Part shown: positions 1 to 8,725 of the stretch, one piece after another
Position numbering within the stretch: the first letter of the stretch is position 1
Layout: every line of letters begins with the position of its first letter
From: Escherichia phage T4
Sequence record: OZ209023.1
Reading direction: 5' to 3' (one strand)
DNA: 64,000 bases
The notes under the pieces: generated by a model
What the model was told of the DNA's origin: nothing
Database searches by the model: none
The model's input: the letters and a program-made list of their open reading frames with translations, nothing else
Translations under genes and position numbers: made by a program

Positions 1-590
1 AGAAGTTTATAATTTCCTGGTTGCATTTTCATATTTGCCATATTGATAATGAAATTAAATGTATTTTCACCATCATAATCACCAAGAGTCAAAGAATATT
101 TAACACGGGTCAGAGCAGAATCTTCTACTTTATTAAAACCGTTAATTACGATTTTACCTTCTTTTACCGTGATAGCAATTGTATCAATTTGCAGACCACG
201 AGATACACGCAACAGCTGTTGAAGGTCTTCAGCTTTAATTTCAGTAACAGCAGATGCTACCGGGAATGGAATTGGTTTATTAGGAGCAACTACTGTACTC
301 GGATCGGCTGCTGGCCAAAAAATTGTTGAGCGGGCATCAGCAATTTTAATATTTCCATCTTCTGACTGGGAAATTTCTGCATCATCATTAACTAAAGACA
401 GAATACCGAGAAAACCGTTCAAATCGTAAATTGCTACATCAAAATCAATAACGTCAGAAATATTTGCTTCCGCATAAGTTGTACCATTAACTGCGCGAGT
501 CATAATAAATTGACCGGATTTAAGCATAATACCAGAGTTAATAGTAGCGAAATTTTTAAGCAGAGCAGTAGTATCTTTAGACAGTTTCAT
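1..590 (-). CDS. 45: Sliding clamp gp45, N-terminal ~196 codons (3' end lies beyond window start)
   Basis: Minus-strand ATG at 588-590; translation MKLSKDTTALLKNFATINSGIMLKSGQFIMTRAVNGTTYAEANISDVIDFDVAIYDLNGF matches T4 gp45 as I recall it. Confidence 0.9.
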   Translation of the reverse strand, partial: MKLSKDTTALLKNFATINSGIMLKSGQFIMTRAVNGTTYAEANISDVIDFDVAIYDLNGFLGILSLVNDDAEISQSEDGNIKIADARSTIFWPAADPSTVVAPNKPIPFPVASAVTEIKAEDLQQLLRVSRGLQIDTIAITVKEGKIVINGFNKVEDSALTRVKYSLTLGDYDGENTFNFIINMANMKMQPGNYKL

Positions 591-645
591 GTAATTTCCT
601 TCAATTCAAATGAGATTTAATTTTATAACTAATTTAATAAAGCAA

Positions 646-1035
646 TTAACGATTAAAATCAGCCGCAATTGTTTCCGCAACAATTTGAGCAGCAACAATT
701 AGACGTTCATCTGCATTACCGCAATAATCATCTTCAAGGCGTTCACCACATGAAGTCATAATAAATTTAGCACCGGCGTTTAGGGATTCTGTAGTATGTT
801 TGCGCATTAGTTCAATCCATTTATTACTTACTTCACGATCGATAGCTTCATAATACGCATGACGAGCAGGTGCAGATTTAATTTTGTTCTGAATAACTTC
901 CATTGCGTTATCAGAAAGAGACAAAACCCATGCTCGACGAATTTTATTTTGGTTTTGTGGATTTGATTCAGAACGCACGTGTTTTGGCTGAATATCTTTT
1001 ACATCAACAGTATAATTCACAGTAATTTTAGTCAT
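646..1035 (-). CDS. rpbA: RNA polymerase-binding protein RpbA
   Basis: 129-aa ORF directly upstream of gene 45; length and position as in T4. Confidence 0.8.
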
Positions 1036-1044
1036 AATACACCT

Positions 1045-1233
1045 TTAGTCATAATAATCAGTAACAGTCCAAGCTTCATTTCTATTGGACATTATTTTTG
1101 TATATTCTGCTTTAAATGCATTCCTAAGCATAGATTCAGTAACTATATGCTCTTCATTAGAAAAATTATTTCTCAGAATATATCGTTTTATTTCAGGAAT
1201 AGTTAATAGATGCTGTCCAGTTGAATATTCCAT
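1045..1233 (-). CDS. Hypothetical protein (T4 45.2 position)
   Basis: 62-aa ORF between rpbA and gene 46; GGAGG Shine-Dalgarno upstream. Confidence 0.6.
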   Translation of the reverse strand: MEYSTGQHLLTIPEIKRYILRNNFSNEEHIVTESMLRNAFKAEYTKIMSNRNEAWTVTDYYD

Positions 1234-1244
1234 GTTTTTCCTCC

Positions 1245-1276
1245 ATAGAGATTATACTCTAATAAATTAAAGCATA
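1245..1276 (-). promoter_or_regulatory. Candidate T4 middle promoter (MotA box TGCTTTA, 11-nt spacer, TATAAT) upstream of 45.2/rpbA/45
   Basis: Minus-strand reading aTGCTTTAatttattagagTATAATctctatGGAGGaaaacATG. Confidence 0.5.
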
Positions 1277-1288
1277 ATCTCTTATAAA

Positions 1289-2971
1289 TTAAACCATTAC
1301 AGTAAATCGACCAACTTTCTTCATTTGAAGATGCTGACCATATTCTTGCGGGTCATGGTCTTTATGCGAAATTATAAAAACGTTAGTGTTTTTCATTGAA
1401 TTTATAATATTAGCTACACCTTTAATACCTTCGGCATCAAATGACCCATCAAACACTTCATCAAGAATTAATGTACTAATACTAACACCAGATACGATAG
1501 AAGCAATATCACGCCAAGTAAATAAAAGAGCAATATCGATTCGTGCCTTTTCACCTTCACTAAATGAAGCATAACTAAAATCTTCACGACCACGGGATTT
1601 AATTGTCTCATTAAATTCTTCATCTAATGTAAACACATAATCCGCTTCCATTATTTTAAGATAATGGTTAATCTGCTTATTAAATAATGGAATGTACTTT
1701 TTAATAATAGCACCTTTAATACCAGAATCTTTGAGCATATCAGTCAAAATTCCTCGGTGGTATTTTTCCATTACTAAATTAGTTTTTGTCTTAACAATTT
1801 TATCAAGTTCTTCTTGAAGCAGTGCTATTTCATCAGCATGGTCAATAAACTCAGAAGATGCTTTTTCTATAGCCGCTTTAACTTTTTTAGCTTTATCTAC
1901 TGCTGCGATCAGAGATTGCTTTTTATTGCGAATATCATTTGCCAACGACTGCTGGGTTTTAATATTATCTCGGTATTCATCAACAAGAACTTTTAAATTA
2001 TCACGATGTGTTGAAAGCTGTTCAAACGAATGTGTGCATTCAGAAACTTTATCTTTAATTTTAGAAACAACTTTATCACCGGAACTCAATTGTGACAAAC
2101 AGGTTGGACATAATCCACCTTCGTGATACATATTAATGACTTTATTATACGAGTCAATTTTTGATTTAATTAAAAATGCTTCTTGACCGATTTTATTAAA
2201 TGCATCAGTCGGGTCTTCGTCCAAAACAATATTAACTAATCTTTCGTTAGCTTCTTCTATTTCCGATTTTAGCGTTCTAGCTTCTTTTGCCAAATCATCA
2301 TACATATTTTGTAGACGAGTAAGGTTGTCACCCGTTAATTTTTTCTGGCGTTCAACATTATCATTATATATTTTAATTTGTTGGATAATACTATCTTTTT
2401 TAACATCAAGCACTTGGTTCTGCGAATTTAATTCACGTATTAGTGCTTTATTAAGCTTATCCATTTCAGCTAATGTTCCTACCTCAAGCAGGTCTTCCAC
2501 AAGCTTTCTTCGCGCAGGGGTCGACAAACCCATGAAAGGGGTATACCCTGCTGTACCAAGGACAACAATCTGCTTGAAACTGGCATATGACATTCCGATA
2601 AGCTGTTCAAATTCTGCTTGGAAATCTTTACTGCTGGCAGATTCATTAAGACGTGTACCGTTAACGGTGATTTCGAAAACGTTTGGTTTTTGTCCTCTTT
2701 TGATATAGTACTTTTTCTCATCATATTCCATCCACAGTTCAACTAAAAGTTCTTTCTTATTTGTGCTGTTTATTAATTGACCTTTCTTTACATCGCGAAA
2801 TGGCTTACCAAAAAGCCCAAATGTGATGGCTTCTAGCATAGTAGACTTACCACCGCCATTTCGTCCAGTAATAAGAGTTTTTTGAACCTTATCTAATTGA
2901 ATGTCAATCCCATTTTGACCAACTGACATTATATTTTTATATTTTACTCTATTAAGTTTAAAATTCTTCAC
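1289..2971 (-). CDS. 46: Recombination endonuclease subunit gp46 (SbcC/Rad50-like ATPase)
   Basis: 560-aa ORF; Walker A GRNGGGKST; length and position as T4 gp46. Confidence 0.9.
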   Translation of the reverse strand: MKNFKLNRVKYKNIMSVGQNGIDIQLDKVQKTLITGRNGGGKSTMLEAITFGLFGKPFRDVKKGQLINSTNKKELLVELWMEYDEKKYYIKRGQKPNVFEITVNGTRLNESASSKDFQAEFEQLIGMSYASFKQIVVLGTAGYTPFMGLSTPARRKLVEDLLEVGTLAEMDKLNKALIRELNSQNQVLDVKKDSIIQQIKIYNDNVERQKKLTGDNLTRLQNMYDDLAKEARTLKSEIEEANERLVNIVLDEDPTDAFNKIGQEAFLIKSKIDSYNKVINMYHEGGLCPTCLSQLSSGDKVVSKIKDKVSECTHSFEQLSTHRDNLKVLVDEYRDNIKTQQSLANDIRNKKQSLIAAVDKAKKVKAAIEKASSEFIDHADEIALLQEELDKIVKTKTNLVMEKYHRGILTDMLKDSGIKGAIIKKYIPLFNKQINHYLKIMEADYVFTLDEEFNETIKSRGREDFSYASFSEGEKARIDIALLFTWRDIASIVSGVSISTLILDEVFDGSFDAEGIKGVANIINSMKNTNVFIISHKDHDPQEYGQHLQMKKVGRFTVMV

Positions 2972-3231
2972 AAAAGATTCCTTTTAATGTATCTTTTAGA
3001 CCATTCTATCATATCATCATAATCTAAAAAGTATTCATCAAATTCAGCCATGCAAACAACGCCTTGTGCTGTTTTTGATGTGATATAAATTATTCCAACA
3101 TATCTAGAATCTTCTTCGGTATAATCAATATTTGCTATGAATTCATCATTAATGTCAAATGTCGAAAACTTCACAGTATGCATCCTTAATACAAGATACA
3201 GCCATATCTCGTAATGATTTAGGTGTGTCAT
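2968..3231 (-). CDS. Hypothetical protein (T4 46.1 position)
   Basis: 87-aa ORF; overlaps the next ORF in another frame, so the true start may be an internal Met. Confidence 0.5.
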   Translation of the reverse strand: MTHLNHYEIWLYLVLRMHTVKFSTFDINDEFIANIDYTEEDSRYVGIIYITSKTAQGVVCMAEFDEYFLDYDDMIEWSKRYIKRNLL

Positions 3232-3418
3232 TATCTAAAATGTTGAAGTTAAAAGATACAGCCCAGTCAGTGCAGACAGTAACCTTTTTAATACAATTAT
3301 CTTCAACCTCTAACGGTTCAAACCAGTATTCAATAATTTCTTTATGACCAATATCATCTTTTACTTCACATTTAAAATGCTGACTCATCATAACATTTTT
3401 AAATTCATCAAAAGTCAT
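3155..3418 (-). CDS. Hypothetical protein (T4 46.2 position)
   Basis: 87-aa ORF ending against the gene 46.1 start region. Confidence 0.5.
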   Translation of the reverse strand: MTFDEFKNVMMSQHFKCEVKDDIGHKEIIEYWFEPLEVEDNCIKKVTVCTDWAVSFNFNILDNDTPKSLRDMAVSCIKDAYCEVFDI

Positions 3419-4434
3419 TGTGTTGCCTCTACATATAGCTGATTTGCATATTGAATAAGTGCTTCACGGTCAGAATCAGTGATGTCTGGAATTGCATTAA
3501 TATACTCTTCCATTAATGTCTGAAGCGATTGAACTTCAACTTCTTCACTGTCATCTGACTCGACAGAGTTATCAATCTTTGACACAACTCGTAATGAATG
3601 CACAACTTTTTCTAGTTCAGATTCGAACTTCGTCAGATTTTTGTCTACTTCAGTTACTATAACACGTACTGATAGATTTGTAAAATCTTTATAGTCAATT
3701 TTTCCTTTAAATGGATAATGAATTCTACGATGCCAGGTAGTATTGTTTGGAATAAATTCCGTTCGTTCTGTTTCTGTATCAAACATCCAGAACCCACGAG
3801 GGTCATTCTCGTCACCTGCGGTTAGTGTCCATGGTGTCCCAATATATCTGACGTTTGCAGCCTCAGAAATAGTATGGAAGTGACCAGACCACACTTCTTT
3901 ATAAGTCTTAAGGAAATCGGGTTCAAGACCATGAGATTTCATTCCTTTATAAAAATAAAATCCATTCAGTTCCCAGTGACCAACACAAAAAGAAGCAGAT
4001 GAAGTTTTGATATGCTCAAGAATTTCACCAGTATTTTCTTCGCACATCCAAGGAATCAAATCAATCAAACACCCGTCAAAATCTACTGTAGTAGGCTTAT
4101 CATACACTTTAACATTAGGATATTTAGCCAAAAGCTCAGTAGAAGCATTTGGATGCATTACATTTTTATAGTGGAGATCGTGATTTCCTACAATAGTGTG
4201 TAATGTAATTCCAGCATCATCAAGCGTTTGAACTATTTCACGGGCAAACTCCATAGTTTTATGTGTGATCGCTTTTCGCACATCAAAAATATCACCGTAT
4301 TGAATCCAGGTAGTAATTCCATTTTTCTTAGAATATTCTATCGCTTGCTTAATTCCATCAATTTGAATACCGCGAATCCACTCATCATCAGCTTTAACGC
4401 CTAAATGCCAATCACCTAAATTTAAAATTTTCAT
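3415..4434 (-). CDS. 47: Recombination endonuclease subunit gp47 (SbcD/Mre11-like phosphoesterase)
   Basis: 339-aa ORF; metallophosphoesterase motifs (GDWH, GNHD); length as T4 gp47. Confidence 0.9.
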   Translation of the reverse strand: MKILNLGDWHLGVKADDEWIRGIQIDGIKQAIEYSKKNGITTWIQYGDIFDVRKAITHKTMEFAREIVQTLDDAGITLHTIVGNHDLHYKNVMHPNASTELLAKYPNVKVYDKPTTVDFDGCLIDLIPWMCEENTGEILEHIKTSSASFCVGHWELNGFYFYKGMKSHGLEPDFLKTYKEVWSGHFHTISEAANVRYIGTPWTLTAGDENDPRGFWMFDTETERTEFIPNNTTWHRRIHYPFKGKIDYKDFTNLSVRVIVTEVDKNLTKFESELEKVVHSLRVVSKIDNSVESDDSEEVEVQSLQTLMEEYINAIPDITDSDREALIQYANQLYVEATQ

Positions 4435-4571
4435 ATATCAAGAACCGTCATTGAAATGCAAAATAAAATTATTGAAATAAATCCATCTGGAGTGCTAAAG
4501 AACCCAATCCAACATGCTCTAGTGAATAGATAAAATGCAAGAAAAAGTATCACATATCCAAGAAATATCAT
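4431..4571 (-). CDS. Small hydrophobic protein (T4 47.1 position), 46 aa
   Basis: ATG at 4569-4571; translation MIFLGYVILFLAFYLFTRACWIGFFSTPDGFISIILFCISMTVLDI; its TGA stop overlaps the gene 47 ATG (ATGA); below the 60-aa track cutoff. Confidence 0.5.
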   Translation of the reverse strand: MIFLGYVILFLAFYLFTRACWIGFFSTPDGFISIILFCISMTVLDI

Positions 4572-4595
4572 TATATCAAACTCCGTATAAAGCTA

Positions 4596-4611
4596 AAGGG
4601 CCGAAGCCCTT
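4596..4611 (-). terminator. GC-rich stem-loop with UUCG tetraloop overlapping the a-gt stop codon
   Basis: aagggc-cgaa-gccctt on plus strand; only a weak U-tract follows, so this may be an RNA-stability hairpin rather than a terminator. Confidence 0.4.
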
Positions 4612-4748
4612 TATTTTGTAATAATGTCAAACTGTTCTTTAAAGCAGAAGCTTGAATCTTGATGCTGATACAAAAATTCATATGCTTTTTCTCGCTCACG
4701 GTCATAAAGAGCTCGGTCAGCTCGAGCCATAAAAATGCAAATACGCAT
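4611..4748 (-). pseudogene. a-gt: alpha-glucosyltransferase (a-gt) internal in-frame deletion remnant, 43 codons
   Basis: ATG at 4746-4748 with GAGG Shine-Dalgarno; translation MRICIFMAR-ADRALYDREREKAYEFLYQHQDSSFCFKEQFDIITK joins what I recall as the T4 a-gt N-terminus and C-terminus; the ~1.1 kb middle is absent. Confidence 0.75.
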
Positions 4749-4806
4749 AGTTTTCCTCTTTTCATTTAATAAATCATGTAAATAATATTTTATTTTCTAT
4801 AAAACG

Positions 4807-5601
4807 CTACGAATAGGCCCAAACATATCCATAAGCAATTTTGCTTTTTCCAGATATGCACTTTTTAATATTAGACATGCATCCTTTAACGGATACAGCT
4901 GCGTCTTTAATTCTAGGAAATACTCGTAATAATTTTCCAGTAGTATCATATTGAAATACTGGCACATTTCTTTTCTGAGTTATCCCACGTTTAGATTTAG
5001 ACATTTTTTGTTTAGTTGCATTAGACATCCTAGAGGGCTTTCCTATGTTATCAGAATAATAATATTTCCATTGAAATCCTCCAGCGGTTTTCCTTTTACC
5101 ATCTACACATTGTTTAATTGAAGTTGAACAGCTATATGACATATCTTCTGCAGCATCTGTAATACATCTATATTTGCGAATAAAATTTCCATTTAAATCA
5201 TATTGATAAATTGGTTTTCCAGCATTTCGTCTAGCGTTAGACATGTATTTTTTATTATCATCATCTTTCCAGAACTCTTTCATGCTTTCCGATATTGAAG
5301 AAGATACAGCTGTTTTAATCCATCCATACATTTTATTATTTAGTCTTGTTCCGTCAGAACTATAACACATCATACGAATAGCTAAAGCCAATTTAGGAAG
5401 TCTATAAATTTTAAATAATAATAAATGCGCGGTAAAATGTTCTTCTGGTGTCAAAAGAACTAAATTAGTTTTATCATCTGTACCACCCATACATCTAGGA
5501 ATTATATGATGTGTTTCAGTATAGTATGTCAAAAGACTTTTATCATTGTCTCTGTTTAGTCCTTTTTCGATCAGTAAATTATATATGTTTAAATAATTCA
5601 T
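4807..5601 (-). CDS. HNH homing endonuclease (Mob family; likely T4 mobB)
   Basis: 264-aa ORF; HNH motif HHIIPRCMGGTDDKTNLVLLTPEEHFTAH; N-terminus MNYLNIY as in the two other HNH ORFs of this window. Confidence 0.8.
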   Translation of the reverse strand: MNYLNIYNLLIEKGLNRDNDKSLLTYYTETHHIIPRCMGGTDDKTNLVLLTPEEHFTAHLLLFKIYRLPKLALAIRMMCYSSDGTRLNNKMYGWIKTAVSSSISESMKEFWKDDDNKKYMSNARRNAGKPIYQYDLNGNFIRKYRCITDAAEDMSYSCSTSIKQCVDGKRKTAGGFQWKYYYSDNIGKPSRMSNATKQKMSKSKRGITQKRNVPVFQYDTTGKLLRVFPRIKDAAVSVKGCMSNIKKCISGKSKIAYGYVWAYS

Positions 5602-5652
5602 TTTAGTTTATTTTACCAAAAAATTTATAAAGCAATATAAGAGCCGAAGCTC

Positions 5653-5844
5653 CTATCCACATAATACGCCATACAGAGGCTCGTTAGAACTTTTAAATTT
5701 TATGCGCTTATATGTTATAGTTCCTTCTGCTTTAGCTTTATCATGAGCCTCTTTAAAGCGTCTCATCATTTCCTCTCTAGAGGAACGAATTTTATTATAA
5801 TCTATTTCAGAAGTCGGATGTTCATCTTTCACAGTTGCCACCAT
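5653..5844 (-). CDS. Hypothetical protein (a-gt.x position)
   Basis: 63-aa ORF in the co-directional gene array. Confidence 0.45.
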   Translation of the reverse strand: MVATVKDEHPTSEIDYNKIRSSREEMMRRFKEAHDKAKAEGTITYKRIKFKSSNEPLYGVLCG

Positions 5845-6035
5845 TTTTTGACTTGATAAGAATCAACCCACACTTTCATATTAGGGTCTGCTCTTACAAT
5901 AGGAGGATTAACTTCTTTGATTGAACTATCACGGTATTCTTTTTCAGAAATTTTCACGCAAAGATGACCATTCAAAGATTCAGTAAATCCTGCATTAATT
6001 TTAAGACGCTTGAATTTTACGTGTGTAAGCATCAA
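5829..6035 (-). CDS. Hypothetical protein (a-gt.x position)
   Basis: 68-aa ORF. Confidence 0.45.
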   Translation of the reverse strand: MMLTHVKFKRLKINAGFTESLNGHLCVKISEKEYRDSSIKEVNPPIVRADPNMKVWVDSYQVKKWWQL

Positions 6036-6318
6036 TCATATCCTCAATCTGCGATCTAGTAGTCTTCCAAAGAATACTGATGAGTTCATCGTTATATGGC
6101 TGTTTTAGAATATCCCGACTTTTCTTGATAGCATATTCGTATTGAGCAAAATTATTATTTTCAGCTGCGATCTGAGCGTGCTTATAAAGACGATTCAGTT
6201 CGCGTTTGTTTTTAGACAATAACTTATTTGCTTTTCTTTCTGCTTCAAGACGGTTCTTTTCTTCAATAGAAGAAATAAGCTTTTCCACTTCATCATTAAT
6301 TTCGGGTTTATCAGTCAT
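6001..6318 (-). CDS. Hypothetical coiled-coil protein (a-gt.x position)
   Basis: 105-aa ORF, charged helical sequence. Confidence 0.5.
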   Translation of the reverse strand: MTDKPEINDEVEKLISSIEEKNRLEAERKANKLLSKNKRELNRLYKHAQIAAENNNFAQYEYAIKKSRDILKQPYNDELISILWKTTRSQIEDMIDAYTRKIQAS

Positions 6319-6319
6319 A

Positions 6320-6565
6320 TTATTTCTCTAATATAAAATAAAAATCATCATCTGTTAAATGATACCGATAGTTTAATTCTACACCATTAGATTTAAAAGC
6401 GGTATCATACGGATTTTCTGGATCAATATCAATGTCAAGAGCTAAAACTTCCCTGAGATACATTTTAAGTAAATAGGGAATAGCTTCAACTTCAGGTATT
6501 TCTTCCAAGAATCCGGAGAGGTTAATCGTTAGCCTCATATAAAAAATCCAAACTAGGAGAATCAT
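6320..6565 (-). CDS. Hypothetical protein (a-gt.x position); start uncertain
   Basis: 81-aa ORF overlapping the gene 55 3' end; internal ATGs at 6538 and 6463 are alternative starts. Confidence 0.4.
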
Positions 6566-7079
6566 CTACAACACTTTTCTTTTCAGCCCCCGGTGTTCTA
6601 TAGGTTGATTCTTCGTAATGCGTCATTTTATCATAGATGTCTTGAATAAAAGTTTCATCTACTAACGCAACCATATCGTCGTCACGGCTGTCATAGACAT
6701 TGTGAACGAAGTAACTATATTTCTTTGCAACTTCCTTACGTTCTTTTTTAATACGTTGGACGAATGCATTAAAACAAGCTTGAGTTATATACGCATGTGG
6801 GTTTTTATATTTCGTTTCATCAAAATTGTGAAGCCCCTTAATAGAAGCTTCTATACCATCTGCAATCATTTCTTGTTTCCAAGACTGGGTGTATCCTGAA
6901 AAGTTGAAACGTTTAGATAAGCCTTCTGCAATAAGCATAATGGCTAATCCGATAGTATCATTCTGACGAACTACTTTATTTGGGTCTTTATTATTTGCTA
7001 ATTCTGTTTTCCAATCAATAATAGCTTGTAAAAGCTCTTTATTGTTTACGTAATTATATTTAGGCTTAGTTTCTGACAT
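6522..7079 (-). CDS. 55: Late-transcription sigma factor gp55
   Basis: 185 aa from the ATG at 7077-7079 (AAGAGGTG Shine-Dalgarno); [23 protein letters not shown]... as T4 gp55. Confidence 0.9.
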
Positions 7080-7161
7080 TTTCACCTCTTAGCTCAATTC
7101 ATAGATCTATTATATCATAATATTTGAAGACCTATCTTAAAGCATAGAGGATGAATCAATT

Positions 7162-7377
7162 TCAAGCATTCATCAGATTAGCCGCTCCAAGAGCTGCATC
7201 TAGTGAATCAAATTGGTCAACATATTCAATTAATTCGCCGTAATTAGCGTATAACCACCATTGGCTAAATTCATACTCAAGGATGAATCCATTTCCTTCA
7301 ATTTGAGTTAAACCAATGCCATTTGTATTTACTTCATACCCAGCGAGACGTAAATCGTTAATAAGAGCTTCGTTCAT
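7162..7377 (-). CDS. Hypothetical protein (55.x position)
   Basis: 71-aa ORF. Confidence 0.5.
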   Translation of the reverse strand: MNEALINDLRLAGYEVNTNGIGLTQIEGNGFILEYEFSQWWLYANYGELIEYVDQFDSLDAALGAANLMNA

Positions 7378-7379
7378 AA

Positions 7380-7706
7380 TTATACCTTAGTAATTTTCAG
7401 GTCTGCAAATTTTTTCTTGCGTTGATTTTTCATGCGACGAATAGTTTTATCGGAAATTTCATGCTTTTGATAAGCTTTAGATTCTACACCAAAAGCTTTA
7501 ACATCAAATTCTGACAAGATATATTGAACCAACAATTCACGGACAGTATTGCGTCCAATCTTCTGATCATTCTGTTTCATCGTCTGATGAAGCTCTTTTT
7601 CCCATTTATCCAAAATTTGAGGAGTTACAATATCGCCTTTTTCTAGCAAAGAAACTACTTTATCATATGCGTAAGAATTGATGGCGTTTTTAATTTGAAT
7701 AGTCAT
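7380..7706 (-). CDS. Hypothetical protein (55.x position)
   Basis: 108-aa ORF, basic C-terminus. Confidence 0.55.
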   Translation of the reverse strand: MTIQIKNAINSYAYDKVVSLLEKGDIVTPQILDKWEKELHQTMKQNDQKIGRNTVRELLVQYILSEFDVKAFGVESKAYQKHEISDKTIRRMKNQRKKKFADLKITKV

Positions 7707-7736
7707 ACATTATCCTCAATTACGTTAAAATTTTAT

Positions 7737-7760
7737 TATCCAAAAAGGGCCGAAGCCCTT
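7737..7760 (-). terminator. Intrinsic terminator (aagggc-UUCG-gccctt then U-tract)
   Basis: Minus-strand hairpin followed by UUUUUGG; overlaps the stop codon of ORF 7759-7959. Confidence 0.6.
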
Positions 7761-7959
7761 AGCTAAACTTTTTGGCACCCTTCCAGCCTTCGTACATCAT
7801 TGCGACTGACAATGACAAAGCTCCTTCACATGCTGCATACTTATTATTCCAGAACCAATTTAGAAAAACTTCATCCTCAATACCGTTGTGTTTCATGTTC
7901 TGGAAAAATTTGGCGCGTTCTTCAGCAATTCGCTGCGATAATTTAGATTCAGGATTCAT
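7759..7959 (-). CDS. Hypothetical protein (55.x position)
   Basis: 66-aa ORF. Confidence 0.5.
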   Translation of the reverse strand: MNPESKLSQRIAEERAKFFQNMKHNGIEDEVFLNWFWNNKYAACEGALSLSVAMMYEGWKGAKKFS

Positions 7960-8175
7960 TTAAATTTCCCAATTGCCATTTTCATCAATAAATTTAATCC
8001 AGTCATTTACTGACCACTTGGTCGTATCGCCTTTTGGAGTAACATTTAAAGTGTATAGCCCTTGCTTAAAAAGCATGCGTTTGATATTCATATTTTCCTC
8101 AGCTGTAACGATAACACTCGTTTGATTTACGTTTAGCAACTCGTTGAGAAGTATTATAATCAAAATCATCATCAA
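7960..8175 (-). CDS. Hypothetical protein; start uncertain
   Basis: 71-aa ORF with hydrophobic N-terminus; overlaps the next ORF. Confidence 0.35.
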   Translation of the reverse strand: MMMILIIILLNELLNVNQTSVIVTAEENMNIKRMLFKQGLYTLNVTPKGDTTKWSVNDWIKFIDENGNWEI

Positions 8176-8437
8176 TGTAAACTGATTTTTTCAACTTTCT
8201 TACTTCACCGCGTAATTGACGATTTAACTCATCTTTAACTTCTGAATCAATACCTTTCATTCTACGCCATTTATCTGAGCGAAAAATGTTTTCAACCATA
8301 TCTTTATGACTTACCCCATCAGGAGCTTTACGCTTTCCGAAATAGTCATAATCACGCACTTTTAAGTCTTTACGACGATACGTTTTACCCATGGAGTTTA
8401 ATTTCCTTAGCAACTGAACTAAATACAGCACGATCAC
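8099..8437 (-). CDS. Hypothetical basic protein; start uncertain (internal Met at 8392 plausible)
   Basis: 112-aa Lys/Arg-rich ORF. Confidence 0.45.
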   Translation of the reverse strand: MIVLYLVQLLRKLNSMGKTYRRKDLKVRDYDYFGKRKAPDGVSHKDMVENIFRSDKWRRMKGIDSEVKDELNRQLRGEVRKLKKSVYIDDDFDYNTSQRVAKRKSNECYRYS

Positions 8438-8567
8438 AAATCATACGTTTATGTAACTTGAGTATAAGATAGTAAACATCAAAACCATTTACATAAGTAA
8501 CACGAACAACATTACCATTCACGAGATAATACTGTCCCTTTTTAATCTCTTTATCAACCACAACCAT
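8385..8567 (-). CDS. Hypothetical protein
   Basis: 60-aa ORF immediately downstream of an early promoter. Confidence 0.45.
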   Translation of the reverse strand: MVVVDKEIKKGQYYLVNGNVVRVTYVNGFDVYYLILKLHKRMICDRAVFSSVAKEIKLHG

Positions 8568-8596
8568 ATCAATTCCTCAAAGGTAATTCATATGTT

Positions 8597-8627
8597 AATA
8601 ATACCACGGTTTGAACTTGTTGTAAAC
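8597..8627 (-). promoter_or_regulatory. T4 early-type promoter (GTTTAC -35, extended -10 TGgTATTAT)
   Basis: Minus-strand GTTTACaacaagttcaaaccgTGGTATTAT, A-rich upstream. Confidence 0.55.
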
Positions 8628-8698
8628 AACTTTGTGAAAAATATTTTAGGGAATGATAAGAAAGGAACGATAGCTTAGAATGGTAATATACAGAATGT

Positions 8699-8721
8699 GA
8701 GAAAGAAAGGCCCAGAGGGCC
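8699..8721 (-). terminator. Intrinsic terminator after nrdH
   Basis: ggccc-aga-gggcc hairpin followed by UUUCUUUC on the minus strand. Confidence 0.5.
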
Positions 8722-8725
8722 CGTC

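Noticed and set aside
21-329. 102-aa plus-strand ORF at the window start
   Set aside because: It lies antisense within the gene 45 coding sequence and has low-complexity composition.
979-2708. Plus-strand track ORFs inside the minus-strand early block (e.g. 979-1206, 1386-1574, 1926-2126, 2325-2708)
   Set aside because: All are antisense to well-supported genes (rpbA, 46), lack ribosome-binding sites and are I/L/F-rich as expected for antisense AT-rich DNA.
4710-4726. XhoI (CTCGAG) and SacI (GAGCTC) hexamers at the a-gt deletion junction as proof of an engineered scar
   Set aside because: Both hexamers can arise from native a-gt codons (A-R-G near the N-terminus, R-A-L near the C-terminus), so they do not by themselves show engineering.
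4571-4765. 64-aa minus-strand track ORF (MKRGKLCVFAFLWLE...)
   Set aside because: It spans the a-gt remnant and the 47.1 start in a third frame, has no Shine-Dalgarno, and is low-complexity; the a-gt remnant and 47.1 frames explain the region better.
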